A DNA stretch of 64,000 nucleotides from an uncultured bacterium (GTDB lineage: Bacteria; Verrucomicrobiota; Verrucomicrobiia; Limisphaerales; UBA8199): NCBI GenBank assembly GCA_963749495.1, contig CAVVMW010000007.1, positions 160,001 through 224,000 of the forward strand, given 5' to 3'. Positions 32,709 through 42,599 of the stretch are shown in pieces. How positions within the stretch are numbered: the stretch's first letter is position 1; every line of letters starts with the position of its first letter. The notes beneath the pieces are model-generated. The model worked only from the letters and a program-made list of their open reading frames with translations. It was not told the origin of the DNA and searched no databases. Made by a program: the position numbers and the translations under genes.

Positions 32709-32850
32709 AAAAAGCCTCGGATTTACCGGGGTTTCAATGCGGTCGTGTTCGAAAAAGCCTGAATCTACCGAGGTTGTAGCGCCGTGCAGCACCCTGTGTA
32801 GCACCCTGGACCTCGAAAAGAGCCTGGATTTACCGAGGTTGTAGCAGTTC
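32709..32850. repeat. three ~27-bp imperfect direct repeats (iteron-like)
   Basis: aaaagcctcggatttaccggggtt / aaaagcctgaatctaccgaggttgtagc / aagagcctggatttaccgaggttgtagc, plus (gcagcaccctg/gtagcaccctg). Confidence 0.6.
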
Positions 32851-33066
32851 AGCACCTCCAGACCCCCAAGGGGGGGGACGGGGCCGGAGGGACCAGAGGG
32901 GAAGCCAAACCAGTGACACAAGCTTGCCGTCGGCGGCAGTTCATTGCCCGCTGTTCTCAATCCTAACCGCATCTCCGCGCTCCTCACGTCCGCAACTGCC
33001 GGTCCCGCGAGCGGCATCCGGCAAGCCGATTATTACCGTCGTCCCCCCGCCCCACATCTCCCGTTC

Positions 33067-33196
33067 CGTTTCACGTTTCACGTTTCACGGTTCAGGGTTC
33101 AGGGTTCAGGGTTCAGCGTTCACGTTTCACGTTTCACGTTTCACGGCCCTCCCCCCGCCCCTCGACATTCGCCCCTCGACACTCGCCCCTCGCCCC
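33067..33196. repeat. heptamer arrays (TTTCACG)n, (GGTTCAG)4, (CCCTCGN)n
   Basis: Direct inspection. Confidence 0.85.
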
Positions 33197-33227
33197 GGCT
33201 ATCATCGGCGCGTACCGATCGGTGATC

Positions 33228-35231
33228 ATGAACCCTTTTGTGGTCTCTCAAACGGACTCAAGGCCTTCGGTTCGGGGCTGGCTCTGGGCGCGGCCGGGCG
33301 CCATCGTGTTCACCCTCTCCCTGGCCGTGGGCCTGGCCGCCGTGGGGTGGCACGCAGCGGCGCGCGCGAGGGGGGCGCGCGAATTTGCCCGCCTCCAAAC
33401 CCAGGCGCGAGGCGCGTCCCTGCAATTGCGGCTCCGCCATGCCGTGTCGGCGGTGCAGGCCCTGGGCGCCCTGGCCCGCCAGAGCGGCGGGTCCATTCCC
33501 AATTTCCAGGGACTCGGGTCGGACTTGCTCGCCTCGTGGCCGGACCTGGCCACGCTGGAACTGCAGCCCGGCGGCGTGGTCAATGACATCGTGCCGCGCG
33601 CCGGCTATGAGCGGGCCCTGGGGTTCAACGTCCTAAAAGACCCGGTGCAGGGGCCCGGCGCCCTGGCCTCGATCCAAAGGCGCACGCTCACCGTCTCCGG
33701 TCCGCTCCGGCTCTATCGGGCAGAGCAGGGGTTGGTGGTGCGGGCGCCGGTGTTTCAGCGGGCGCGCGATGGACGCGAACGCTTCTGGGGTTTTGTGGCC
33801 GCGTTGATGCGCCTGACCGAGCCGCTGGCCGGCGCGCGGCTCGACGAACTCCAGGAGGCGGTCCAGAAGGAACTCGGCGCGGGGTCCGCCAGACCCGGCC
33901 CCGCCGCCGCCCCCCTCGGGGCCTGGATCGACAAGGCGCGGGTCGGGGTCGAGTGCTTTGGCGTGCTGCTGGCGGCCGGCCTGCTTTGGCTTGTGGCGCG
34001 CTTGATCCAGAGCGGGCACTCGCTGGAGGGTGCCCTGGCTGAGGCCAACCGGAACCTGGCAGGCGCGGCAGCGGAGCGCAAACAGGCGCAGGAGGAGTGG
34101 CGCGCCTCAAAGCAAAGCGCCGCCGCGGCGCAGAACCAGCTCAAAGAGGCCCGGGCTGCCCTTCTATTGGCCGAGTCCAAAGGCGCCCAAACGCAGGCGC
34201 GCCTGGAGGCGGCCGAGCAGGCCAACCGCCAGGCCTGCGGGGCCCTCCAGGCCAGGCTCGAGCAAGCCGAGGCCCACGCCAATGAACTGCGCGACCGGCT
34301 CGACGACGCCGTCCGCGCAGCCGGCGAAGCAGCACGCGTGGCTCAGGCAGAGCTGGGAGAGATGCGCGCCGCGCTCGAGCAGGCCCGGCAAACCGTCGTC
34401 GAACTCCAGTCCCGGCTCGATGCCTCGATCCGCGCCGAAAACGTCGCCGCCGCCCAGGCCGCGCTTGCAGGGGCCGCCGCGCAAGGCGCGGAGCAGACCA
34501 CGTCCCAAGGCGGCGCAACCGCGCTCCCTGCAGTTGTTGCCGAGACTCAAGCGCCGCCCGCCGTGCCGGTCCTGGCCGAGACCCAGCCCGCTCCCGCTCC
34601 CGTTCCAGTGGCGGTTGCGGACAGCCCGTTGCCTGCCGGGGAGGCGGTGCGGCCTGACACCGCCTGCGAAGTGGGCCCGCCCTCGGTCGCAGCAGCCCTG
34701 AACGGGGCTGACGCCCAGGATGGGTCCGCCGCTGAGCCGCCTGCGCAAGTGCCGGCGCAAATGCCGGCGCCGGAGAAACCCAGGGCCGTTGCACCCCTCA
34801 GGCGCAAGAAGGCCCGGCGCCACACCACCCCGGACCTGTTCGGGGCGCAGTCTGAGACAGAGCAAACCCCGGCCGCCCCGCCGGAGAATGGGCCGGAAGC
34901 AGACCGGGCGGAGGTGAAGGCCGCCGAACGCGCCTCGCCCGAGGGCGAGGCCGAGGAGCCGAACGCGCCAGCGGACACCGGGCGCGCCCGCCCCCTCAAG
35001 TCAGCGGTCGATCCGGCGCAACTGCGCAAGGCAGTGGGCCAAATCCTGCCCCTGCTCGCCGGCCAGGACCCGGGCGCCCGGGATTGCCTCAAAGACAACC
35101 GCGCCCTCTTCCAGGCCGCCTTCACGCCCGAGGGCTATGCCGAGTTCGAGCAGTCGGTGAAGAAACGCGACTTCGCCGCCGCCCAGGAGCACCTCAAGAA
35201 GGCCGCCAAGAGGCACGGCCTGGCGCTGTAG
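33228..35231 (+). CDS. membrane protein: CHASE-like sensor domain + coiled coil + Pro/Ala linker + small helical C-terminal domain
   Basis: LELQPGGVVNDIVP..GYERALGFNVL..SGPLRL...LVVRAPVF...FWGFV (CHASE-like), two TM helices, no kinase or GGDEF motifs seen. Confidence 0.7.
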   Translation: MNPFVVSQTDSRPSVRGWLWARPGAIVFTLSLAVGLAAVGWHAAARARGAREFARLQTQARGASLQLRLRHAVSAVQALGALARQSGGSIPNFQGLGSDLLASWPDLATLELQPGGVVNDIVPRAGYERALGFNVLKDPVQGPGALASIQRRTLTVSGPLRLYRAEQGLVVRAPVFQRARDGRERFWGFVAALMRLTEPLAGARLDELQEAVQKELGAGSARPGPAAAPLGAWIDKARVGVECFGVLLAAGLLWLVARLIQSGHSLEGALAEANRNLAGAAAERKQAQEEWRASKQSAAAAQNQLKEARAALLLAESKGAQTQARLEAAEQANRQACGALQARLEQAEAHANELRDRLDDAVRAAGEAARVAQAELGEMRAALEQARQTVVELQSRLDASIRAENVAAAQAALAGAAAQGAEQTTSQGGATALPAVVAETQAPPAVPVLAETQPAPAPVPVAVADSPLPAGEAVRPDTACEVGPPSVAAALNGADAQDGSAAEPPAQVPAQMPAPEKPRAVAPLRRKKARRHTTPDLFGAQSETEQTPAAPPENGPEADRAEVKAAERASPEGEAEEPNAPADTGRARPLKSAVDPAQLRKAVGQILPLLAGQDPGARDCLKDNRALFQAAFTPEGYAEFEQSVKKRDFAAAQEHLKKAAKRHGLAL

Positions 35232-35416
35232 CGCGGCGCTTACTTCTTTGCCGCCGCCATTTTCGCGCACGCGGATTCCATCCGCCGGCTGAGCTCTTCC
35301 GGCGGCACGTCCTCCTGGTGCGTGTTGCTGCTCCTCGTCTGGTGATTTTACGCCCCGGAAACTCGCACCGAGCGCGGCGCTTTGCAAACGAAAATCTTCC
35401 TGTCATATTGGCGCGC

Positions 35417-36499
35417 ATGCGTGAACGAATTGGCATACTGACAGGCGGGGGCGATTGTCCCGGGCTCAATGCCGTGATCCGGGCGGTAGTCAAGACGGCC
35501 AGCAAGCGTGGCTGGGAGACAATCGGCTTCTTCGGGGGCTACGAGGGTTTGCTGGAGCCGCTGCGCTGCCGGCCCTTGGATTACAAGGAAATGGATGCGC
35601 TGCTCTTCGTGGGCGGCACGATCCTGGGCACCTCCAACAAAGGCCGGTTTGCCGCCAAGACCGGCCATGGCGAGGCCAACCGGATTCCGCGCGAGATCCT
35701 GGATGAGGCCAAGGCCACGTTCCAGAAGCTGGGATTGCGCGCCCTGGTCTGCGTTGGCGGCGACGGCTCCCTGAGCATCGCCCAGCAACTCTTCGAGCAC
35801 GGGATGCCGATTGTCGGCGTGCCCAAGACCATCGACAACGACCTGGAAGGCACGGTGGTGACCTTCGGATTCGACTCGGCCGTGGCGTGCGCGACCGACG
35901 CTCTGGATCGCCTGCGCACCACGGCCCAGAGCCACGACCGGGTGATGGTGCTGGAGGTCATGGGCCGCTACGCAGGGTGGATTGCCGTACACGCGGGCGT
36001 CTCCGGCGGCGGGGATGTCATCCTGATTCCCGAGATCCCGTTTCGTTATGAGGGCATCTGCGAAAAGATCGCGGAGCGCGAGCGCGAGGGCAAGCACTTC
36101 ACGCTGGTGGTGGCCGCCGAAGGCGCCTGCACCAAGGGCCTGGGCTATGTCACTCTGGGCGCCGCGGAGCAGAACCGCGAGGCCAGGCTCGGGGGCATCG
36201 GGGCCGTTGTGGCGGCTGAAATCCAAAGGCGGACCGGCAAAGAGACCCGGGTCTGCGTGCTGGGGCATCTCCAGCGCGGCGGCGCGCCAACCTCGTTCGA
36301 CCGTGTCCTGTGTACCCGCTTCGGGGCCCACGCGGTCCAACTCATCGCCGAGGGCCAATACGGCTCGATGACCGCCCTCCATCCCCCGGACACCGTTGCG
36401 GTGAAAATCTCGGAGGCCATCGGCCGGCTCCGCACCGTGCCGCCCCAGGGCAGTATCGTCCACACCGCCCGCGCCCTCGGGATCAGCTTCGGGGACTAA
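35417..36499 (+). CDS. pfkA: 6-phosphofructokinase (group III, probably ATP-dependent)
   Basis: ILTGGGDCPGLNAVIR, GGTILGTSN, GGDGS, PKTIDND, EVMGR, LGHLQRGG. Confidence 0.95.
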   Translation: MRERIGILTGGGDCPGLNAVIRAVVKTASKRGWETIGFFGGYEGLLEPLRCRPLDYKEMDALLFVGGTILGTSNKGRFAAKTGHGEANRIPREILDEAKATFQKLGLRALVCVGGDGSLSIAQQLFEHGMPIVGVPKTIDNDLEGTVVTFGFDSAVACATDALDRLRTTAQSHDRVMVLEVMGRYAGWIAVHAGVSGGGDVILIPEIPFRYEGICEKIAEREREGKHFTLVVAAEGACTKGLGYVTLGAAEQNREARLGGIGAVVAAEIQRRTGKETRVCVLGHLQRGGAPTSFDRVLCTRFGAHAVQLIAEGQYGSMTALHPPDTVAVKISEAIGRLRTVPPQGSIVHTARALGISFGD

Positions 36500-36532
36500 C
36501 GTCCGCTCTGGGCGCAGGACAGAATTCTTCGC

Positions 36533-36586
36533 TGCCGCCTGAAGGCGGCGTTCCACAGCCAACCGGAACGCCGCCTTCAGGCGGCA
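36533..36586. repeat. REP doublet
   Basis: gccgcctgaaggcggcgttcc ... ggaacgccgccttcaggcggc. Confidence 0.75.
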
Positions 36587-36647
36587 GGATCGGCGCTCGA
36601 AGGCGTGCGCCCGTCCGCCCTCCGGCGGCTCGTTTTTGGGTAGTGTC

Positions 36648-37205
36648 CTAATTTGCGCCGGAGCGCCTGGAGAGAACGCCAAAGAACGCGACGAATCCCA
36701 AGATGCCTGCGCCAAAGAACCAAGCCGAAGACAGGGCTGCCCCAATCAGAGCCAGAGCCAAAAACACAAGCGCAATCGCAGTCCCCGCCAGAAATGGCGC
36801 AATGGCGATTGCCGCACGCCTCAAGTGGGGTTTCCAACTGCGCTTCGCGCCCTCTTTCGGCGGCTGCTCGTTTTCAGGCACGACTGTCGTTAGCGCTTTC
36901 CGTCCCCTGGCGCCCAGCAGCCACACCAGCAACCCTGTCGCGCCTACAACGGCCCCGGCGCCAACCCACGCAATCGGACTGCTGAGCAAGTCTGAAATCC
37001 GCAAATCGCCCGGTTCCCCGCTGCCCGATTGCCATCCCGAGTCCGTTAGATACCCGGCGGCGCCGGTGAATCGGTTCACGCGGAGGTTGCGGCTACCCTG
37101 CTTGTATTCACGCCATGGAGTGGGCCAGATGAAGGCGAGCCAGAGGAAAGCGAAGACAACGGCGGCGGTCAGGGCGAGATCCCTTCTGCTGAACTTGCGG
37201 GCCAT
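36648..37205 (-). CDS. hypothetical membrane protein
   Basis: Four hydrophobic segments; WPTPW...LRVNRFTG. Confidence 0.6.
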   Translation of the reverse strand: MARKFSRRDLALTAAVVFAFLWLAFIWPTPWREYKQGSRNLRVNRFTGAAGYLTDSGWQSGSGEPGDLRISDLLSSPIAWVGAGAVVGATGLLVWLLGARGRKALTTVVPENEQPPKEGAKRSWKPHLRRAAIAIAPFLAGTAIALVFLALALIGAALSSAWFFGAGILGFVAFFGVLSRRSGAN

Positions 37206-37361
37206 TCCGAGATTCAACGGCTGCCAAGTCGGCGCGTCAACTGGAAATTGCATTGCCCGCAGGGGGCCAATCGCGTATCTTGGTCGTGGGGGTGCTCGGA
37301 GTTGAACCGAGTGCCGGTTGGATGTAGAGCCGCCAGCACCGACCTGGCACCCCCGCCCACT

Positions 37362-38369
37362 TCATTTGCCCCTCAACTCAATCTCGAATCCAAGCTCTGT
37401 TGTTTCAATGATGGGGTAATACTTGTCCAGCTTCCCCATAAATTCATCCCAGGTTGTGCTCTCCGCCATGAGAATCTTGGCCCCCTCCAAGTGCGCCAGC
37501 AGCTTCGGGTGGCCGATGTCACCAGACAACCATTGAAAGTGCTTATGCTTCCGCCTGCCCTCAATCACGGGGTTTTTATCGCGCAACTCCTTGAGCACCC
37601 CAGGGGCGAGCCTTCGGTAAACGATGTTGTTCGTGTAATGCCCAATGACCTGGGGGCGCTTCATGTTTTCAGGATCGAAGGGCCAACCATGGAGCCGGAA
37701 AATCTCACGGTAAAATTCAAGCGGGAAAGTGCTTGCCCAGGCGCGAAGCTCTTTGGCGATGAACTGTTCGAGAATCTCAGCGAGCGCCCGCCTAGCGCGG
37801 GCATCTTGATACCCGGTCGCCTCATCCACAAGGGCAATAATCCCGACATGCGCCAGCGCCCGCATAAGGATCTTCGCCTTCTGCGCAATCTGCTTCTGCC
37901 GCTTTCCAAGCTTGCCCTGCTCCTCTGCATCCATCCACACCTCGCAAATCTTCGGGATGATTTCCGCCTTAATCCCGTGCGCCACGTTGCCGCTTTTGGT
38001 TCGATATTTGACCGTTATGGACTGCAGATCTCCTAAGTGCTTGTCAATAAATGGCTTGAGGGCCTCAAATGACAAAAAATGCGGCAGATCTGCAGGTTGG
38101 TCCAAAGGCCTGTTTTTGGCCACCCAACCGCTGTAGTACATCCCCATGCCCGCCATGAAATCACTTTGGGTAAGTATGCGCGTTCTGTCCGACAGAACGG
38201 AGCAAGGGAAGGACATGTCCCCGATGGGGAGAATCCCGTTATGTTCAGCCTGCTCCAAGTCCCATCTGGCCTTTGAGGCTTTTTGGGCTATGGATTTTCG
38301 CTGGTCTTCTGTCAGGGCCTCGGCGCGAGCCTTGCCCCCCATTGATTGGATCGAATCATCTGTAAGCAT
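37362..38369 (-). CDS. P63C domain protein (phage Mx8 p63 C-terminal domain)
   Basis: GGKARAEAL...R..IA.KA..ARW N-terminus; LAHVGIIALVDEATGYQ, WASTFPLEFYREIFRL, IVYRRLAPGVL..L, KHFQWLS..IGHPKL. Confidence 0.85.
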   Translation of the reverse strand: MLTDDSIQSMGGKARAEALTEDQRKSIAQKASKARWDLEQAEHNGILPIGDMSFPCSVLSDRTRILTQSDFMAGMGMYYSGWVAKNRPLDQPADLPHFLSFEALKPFIDKHLGDLQSITVKYRTKSGNVAHGIKAEIIPKICEVWMDAEEQGKLGKRQKQIAQKAKILMRALAHVGIIALVDEATGYQDARARRALAEILEQFIAKELRAWASTFPLEFYREIFRLHGWPFDPENMKRPQVIGHYTNNIVYRRLAPGVLKELRDKNPVIEGRRKHKHFQWLSGDIGHPKLLAHLEGAKILMAESTTWDEFMGKLDKYYPIIETTELGFEIELRGK

Positions 38370-38461
38370 GTCCAAAGAATAGCAGATTCTAGCTTGCTTG
38401 CAAGCATTATTTTCATTCTTGTTGACATGCTTGCTTGACTGTGGTTTACTTTGGGGCAGAT

Positions 38462-39298
38462 ATGGCAAACACCCTTTCAAAAGACCGGAAAATCCAAGTG
38501 ATTTCAGCCCACTGTGAAGATTGCAGCATCCGGGGAATTGAGCGGATGACGGGCATTCACCGGGACACAATCATGCGCCTGGGCGTCCGGGTTGGCGGGG
38601 GCTGTTTTGAGATTCTTGACTACAAGATGCGAAACCTGCCCTGCACGGATGTTCAGATCGACGAGGTTTGGGGCTTCATCGGCAAGAAAAACAAACGCGC
38701 CACCCCAGAGGAGCGCAACACCGGCGCGGGCGACGTGTGGACGTTCATTGCCCTGGACCGTGAAACCAAGCTGGTCCCCTCGTTCGTTGTCGGCAAGCGG
38801 GAAGCCTATTACGCCAACATGTTTCTTGAGGATCTGGCGAGCCGTCTAACCATGAGGCCGCAAATCTCGTCCGATGCCCTCGCGGCCTATGACGAGGCCG
38901 TCGAGCGCGGGTTCGGCTCCGAAGTGGATTACGCCCAGATCGTAAAGTCGTTTACCGTCGTCAACCTCAATCAGGATGCAGCGGGTAGGTATTCCCCCGC
39001 TGAAATGTGCGCCGTGTCCAAAAGCCTCAAAGTCGGCAACCCGCAGATCGACCGGATTTGCACGTTGCATGTCGAGAAGCAGAACCACACGGTCAGGATG
39101 CACGTCCGGCGCCTTACCCGGCTGACAAACGCCTTCTCCAAGAAGCTGGAGAATTTCAAGGCTGCACTCGCCCTTCCCTTCGCCTACTACAACGTGTGCG
39201 AGATTCACCTTGCCCTGCGGACAACTCCGGCGCAGGCTGCGGGCGTGGAGCAGAGCATTTGGACCGTTGGCGACCTGGTTGAAGCCTGTGGCGAATAG
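38462..39298 (+). mobile_element. IS1-like DDE transposase (single ORF)
   Basis: SIRGIERMTGIHRDT HTH, VQIDEVWGF, ALDRETKL, ISSDAL..Y, HVEKQN.T.RM..RRLTRLTNAFSKK; no clear terminal IRs seen. Confidence 0.85.
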
Positions 39299-39599
39299 AC
39301 GCGAATACCTGGACCGGCTGCAAGTCGCAATTCAGCACTTGCACAACTGCGGGGCCGTGTGGCGCGAGTCCGTGCCCGTGCATGAAGTCTTTCGCGGCAA
39401 GACCGTCTGGAGGGGCGACGTGGAAGTCTTCGACATCACCGGACACCCTAAAGCCGTGCACTGTTACGCCTGGAGCCACCCTGACGGTCCGGGGAACCGG
39501 AACGAGAGGTTTGTAGCGGCCCTGGCAATCCCGCCTGTCACAGGGCCGCAAGAGGCAGTGAAGGCCGCGATTGTCGCAAGAATCAGAGGGAAGGGATAG
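39288..39599 (+). CDS. hypothetical protein coupled to the transposase
   Basis: GTG overlaps the transposase end; VPVHEVFRGKTVWRGDVEVFD..GHPKA..CYAWS...PPVTGPQEAV. Confidence 0.7.
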   Translation: MANRREYLDRLQVAIQHLHNCGAVWRESVPVHEVFRGKTVWRGDVEVFDITGHPKAVHCYAWSHPDGPGNRNERFVAALAIPPVTGPQEAVKAAIVARIRGKG

Positions 39600-39718
39600 T
39601 ACCGGCGCCCAGAGCGCGGTTGCCGAGCAGTTCCGACCGTCAAGGGGCCGATGGCGATTCTGGTTGCCATACCCAAGCCCACTCTGTAAATTCTTGCATC
39701 GAACCTGTTTTAATCTGT

Positions 39719-40156
39719 GTGACGCCGGCAAAATTACAACCCGAGTTTGACTACAAGACTGACGAACGCGACTGGAGCGCGGTCAAACTGCTCATGGAGG
39801 AGTTGGAGCAGGAACTTGCGGAACGGCGCAGCCATCTGCTTTTCAGAATCTCCGGGTGGTACTTCGGGCTAAAGGTCTTTAAGCGGGTCGAAAGCGAAAA
39901 GCTCGTTCTCAAAAAGCCGCTCGAACGGGACACAAGGTATCACCGGTCCATAGTGGCCTTCCTCCGAGGCTGCGGTGAAATGCTGCTCGTTGAATGGGCC
40001 ACCCACCAGGAAATCGCCTCCGAAATCGCGGGCATCAGTTACGCTGATTTCGCCGCATCTGTCGAGGAGTTGAAATTGGCTGAACGAGAATGGTACGGGG
40101 ACATGACAGATTCAAGAAGGACGGAAATTCTAAACAATGTCTTTGGATCAACGTGA
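39719..40156 (+). CDS. hypothetical protein A of two-gene module (paralog of 3550..4008)
   Basis: By-eye alignment to 3550..4008; GTG start 39719. Confidence 0.7.
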   Translation: MTPAKLQPEFDYKTDERDWSAVKLLMEELEQELAERRSHLLFRISGWYFGLKVFKRVESEKLVLKKPLERDTRYHRSIVAFLRGCGEMLLVEWATHQEIASEIAGISYADFAASVEELKLAEREWYGDMTDSRRTEILNNVFGST

Positions 40157-40370
40157 TCTCTTAGCCCGGATTCTTGCAGCAAAATACGAGTTTGAGGTTT
40201 GCGCGGAACGGGATAAGGCCAGGCTGCTGGGGAATCTCAATTCCCTTTTGGATCAAGCGATAGAAGGCACCAATACTTCCCGCTACGAGCTTGTTGAGGC
40301 GCTACGGGACCGGATGTCCGAATACCGTTCTGTTCGCCGTCGGCAGGAACGCCCATGGGCATCAATTTGA
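40137..40370 (+). CDS. hypothetical protein B of two-gene module (paralog of 3992..4249)
   Basis: 77 aa, 20-nt overlap with A; aligns to 3992..4249. Confidence 0.72.
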   Translation: MSLDQRDLLARILAAKYEFEVCAERDKARLLGNLNSLLDQAIEGTNTSRYELVEALRDRMSEYRSVRRRQERPWASI

Positions 40371-40385
40371 GGCATTCCGGGGGCG

Positions 40386-40415
40386 TTGACAGTCAGGCCG
40401 CGGATGGCCTATAAC
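40386..40415 (+). promoter_or_regulatory. sigma-70-like promoter
   Basis: TTGACA-N18-TATAAC. Confidence 0.4.
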
Positions 40416-40631
40416 GGTCTTATGACCGATCCAGCCCAAATTAGGACACTACCCGTTTTTGCTTGAATTCGCCTGGGGGTTGAGCCAGGATTTGCCTGGC
40501 AAGCCCTGCGGGGGCGCAAGCGAGGGGCTGCTGACCGCGCTGGCGCGCGGGCCTGAACGCCGTGAGGGCATGCCGGGTGGCATGTCCGCGAGCTGCGTTC
40601 GCAGCAACCTCGGAAACTGACGAGTGGCATC

Positions 40632-40936
40632 ATGCAAGAGTGGCAATTAATCATGCGCGAGCTGTTGAGGAATCCCACGGCCATTCTGATTTTCGCGGTG
40701 ATCCTCATGGTGTTTTTCGTGGGTTTTTTGATTTTCGACCCCTTCGCGAGCCGCAGACACCGGCATCACGGCCACCGCTCTGGCGGGCGGCGGCGGAGCT
40801 TGCGCCAGCGAATCGCCCTGCCGTTTGTGCGAATGCGGGAGGTGTGGAAGGCCTTGCACGACTATGCCCGCAGGCGGGCCCGCCGCCGGGCCGAGCCGAG
40901 CGGTTGGCCGAGCAGATGCGGCGTTTCTCAAGGTAG
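40632..40936 (+). CDS. small single-TM hypothetical protein (probable frameshift near 40895)
   Basis: TM AILIFAVILMVFFVGFLIF, basic tail; plausible end RAERLAEQMRRFSR* lies in the adjacent frame. Confidence 0.45.
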
Positions 40937-41083
40937 CCGCGGGCCTGTCCCAGGAGCTTGGCGAACGGATGACCTTCTCGAGACCTTTGTCGCAATCCCG
41001 CTCAGCGGGATCGGAACCTTTGTCGGATTGGCCATTTTCGGCAAAGGAGGGGAGCCGGAGCTGTTGCCGCAGGCCCGGGCCGC

Positions 41084-41566
41084 TCAACGGACACTGGTTT
41101 CCGGCTGGGCCGCTTTGGGGGGGGCGGGCGCGGTGGGCGCGCGATTGAGTTCGGTCCAATAGCACTCGAATCGCTGAATGAGATGAACCATGTGCTCGAA
41201 TTCGACCGGCTTGACCAGGTACGAGTTGGCGCCCAGTTCGTAGGCGCGGTCAATGTCGGCTTGCAGGTCCGACGAGGTGAAGACCACAATGAGGAGGCGC
41301 TTGAGGTCCGGTTCGGCCCGGGCCCATTGCAGGACCTCGAACCCGTCGGTTCCGGGCATTTTGAGGTCGAGCAAGACCAGGAAGGGGAGGGGGAACTCCT
41401 TGCGGTTGGCGAAGCGGCCCTGGCCGCTGAGATAGAGGATGGCCTCCTGCCCGTCCCGCGCGACCCTGAGCCTGTCGCCCAGGCCCGCTTTCTGGAAAGC
41501 GCGCTCAATCAGCAACACGTCGTTCGCATCATCCTCGACGAGCAAAATAGTCGGTTCGTTTGGCAT
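41084..41566 (-). CDS. single-domain response regulator (Rcp1-like)
   Basis: ILLVEDD, LVLLDLKMP..DGFEVL, FTSS, AYELGANSYLVKP. Confidence 0.92.
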   Translation of the reverse strand: MPNEPTILLVEDDANDVLLIERAFQKAGLGDRLRVARDGQEAILYLSGQGRFANRKEFPLPFLVLLDLKMPGTDGFEVLQWARAEPDLKRLLIVVFTSSDLQADIDRAYELGANSYLVKPVEFEHMVHLIQRFECYWTELNRAPTAPAPPKAAQPETSVR

Positions 41567-41732
41567 GGCCTGCTTCGGTTCAACTGCCTGGTTGCACGCC
41601 TGCTTGACAGAATACCCTTTCGCACCGACTTGGCAACTGGGGACCTGCGGTGCGGGAAATGCCCCATTTCCTTCATTGACCGCCGCGCCATAGTGCCACG
41701 TAATGCGGCCGGTTTCAAGCGTCTATTCCGTT

Positions 41733-42422
41733 ATGTCGAATATTACAGTGCTGCTGGTCGATGACCACAATATCGTGCGGCAGGGTGTGCGCGCCCTGCT
41801 CACGGCGGAAGGCGACCTGAGGGTTGTGGCGGAGGCGCAGACCGGCCGCGAGGCGGTGCAACTGGCCGCCCGGCACCGCCCGGAGGTCGTCGTCATGGAC
41901 CTGGCGATGCCCCAGTTGAACGGCTGCGAGGCCACCCGCCAGATTCTCAAAGTACTGCCGGCTGCCAAGGTCGTCGTGCTGTCCAGCTACGGCGACAACA
42001 TGCACGTCCACCAGGCCATCGCGGCCGGCGCCGCCGCCTACCTGCTCAAGCAGACCGCCGCCGGGGACCTGGTCAAGGCCATTCGCGAGGTCAAGCAGGG
42101 CAATGCCTACTTCAGCCCGGCCATTGCCAGCCGGCTGCGCGAGCAGACGTGCAAGGCCCTGGCCAGCGGCGCCCCCATCCAGGCCTCCGGCGTCCAACTG
42201 AGCTCCCGCGAGGTCGAGGTGCTCCAACTCATCGCCGAAGGCTATGCCAACAAACAAATTGCCGCCGAACTGGGCTTGAGCGTCAAAACGGTCGAAAAAC
42301 ACCGTCAGGCCGTCATGAACAAGCTCAACATCCACGACATCCCCGGCCTGGTCCGCCACGCCGTCACCAAGGGCATTATCGAGATGAACCGAGCGGGCGT
42401 GCCGCGCAGCGAGGGCCCGTAA
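41733..42422 (+). CDS. NarL/LuxR family response regulator
   Basis: VLLVDDH, VMDLAMP, LSSREVEVLQLIAEG..NKQIA.EL.LSVKTVEKHR. Confidence 0.95.
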   Translation: MSNITVLLVDDHNIVRQGVRALLTAEGDLRVVAEAQTGREAVQLAARHRPEVVVMDLAMPQLNGCEATRQILKVLPAAKVVVLSSYGDNMHVHQAIAAGAAAYLLKQTAAGDLVKAIREVKQGNAYFSPAIASRLREQTCKALASGAPIQASGVQLSSREVEVLQLIAEGYANKQIAAELGLSVKTVEKHRQAVMNKLNIHDIPGLVRHAVTKGIIEMNRAGVPRSEGP

Positions 42423-42483
42423 AGGCTAAGGGCTAAAGGCTAAAGGCTAAAGTGCAGAGGCCAAAGCTGCATGACGCAGCCCA
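42421..42483. repeat. (GGCTAAA)n array with conserved tail, copy of 7249-7310
   Basis: ggctaaaggctaaaggctaaagtgcagaggccaaagctgcatgacgcagccca. Confidence 0.8.
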
Positions 42484-42599
42484 AAGGCTGAGTTGGGACC
42501 CGCGGTTCTTTCCCCCACCCGTGCCGGGGTCATCTCCAATTCCCACCTTTATCTCGGGGGCCGCTTTGGGCTAATCTGGGGGCGTCAGGTTTTTATCCT

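Larger units (their letters stand above)
25200..32900. mobile_element. degenerate genomic island / integrative element
   Basis: Visibly lower GC, truncated tyrosine recombinase at the left end, XRE-like HTH, secreted cargo, iteron-like repeats at the right end; boundaries approximate. Confidence 0.6.
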
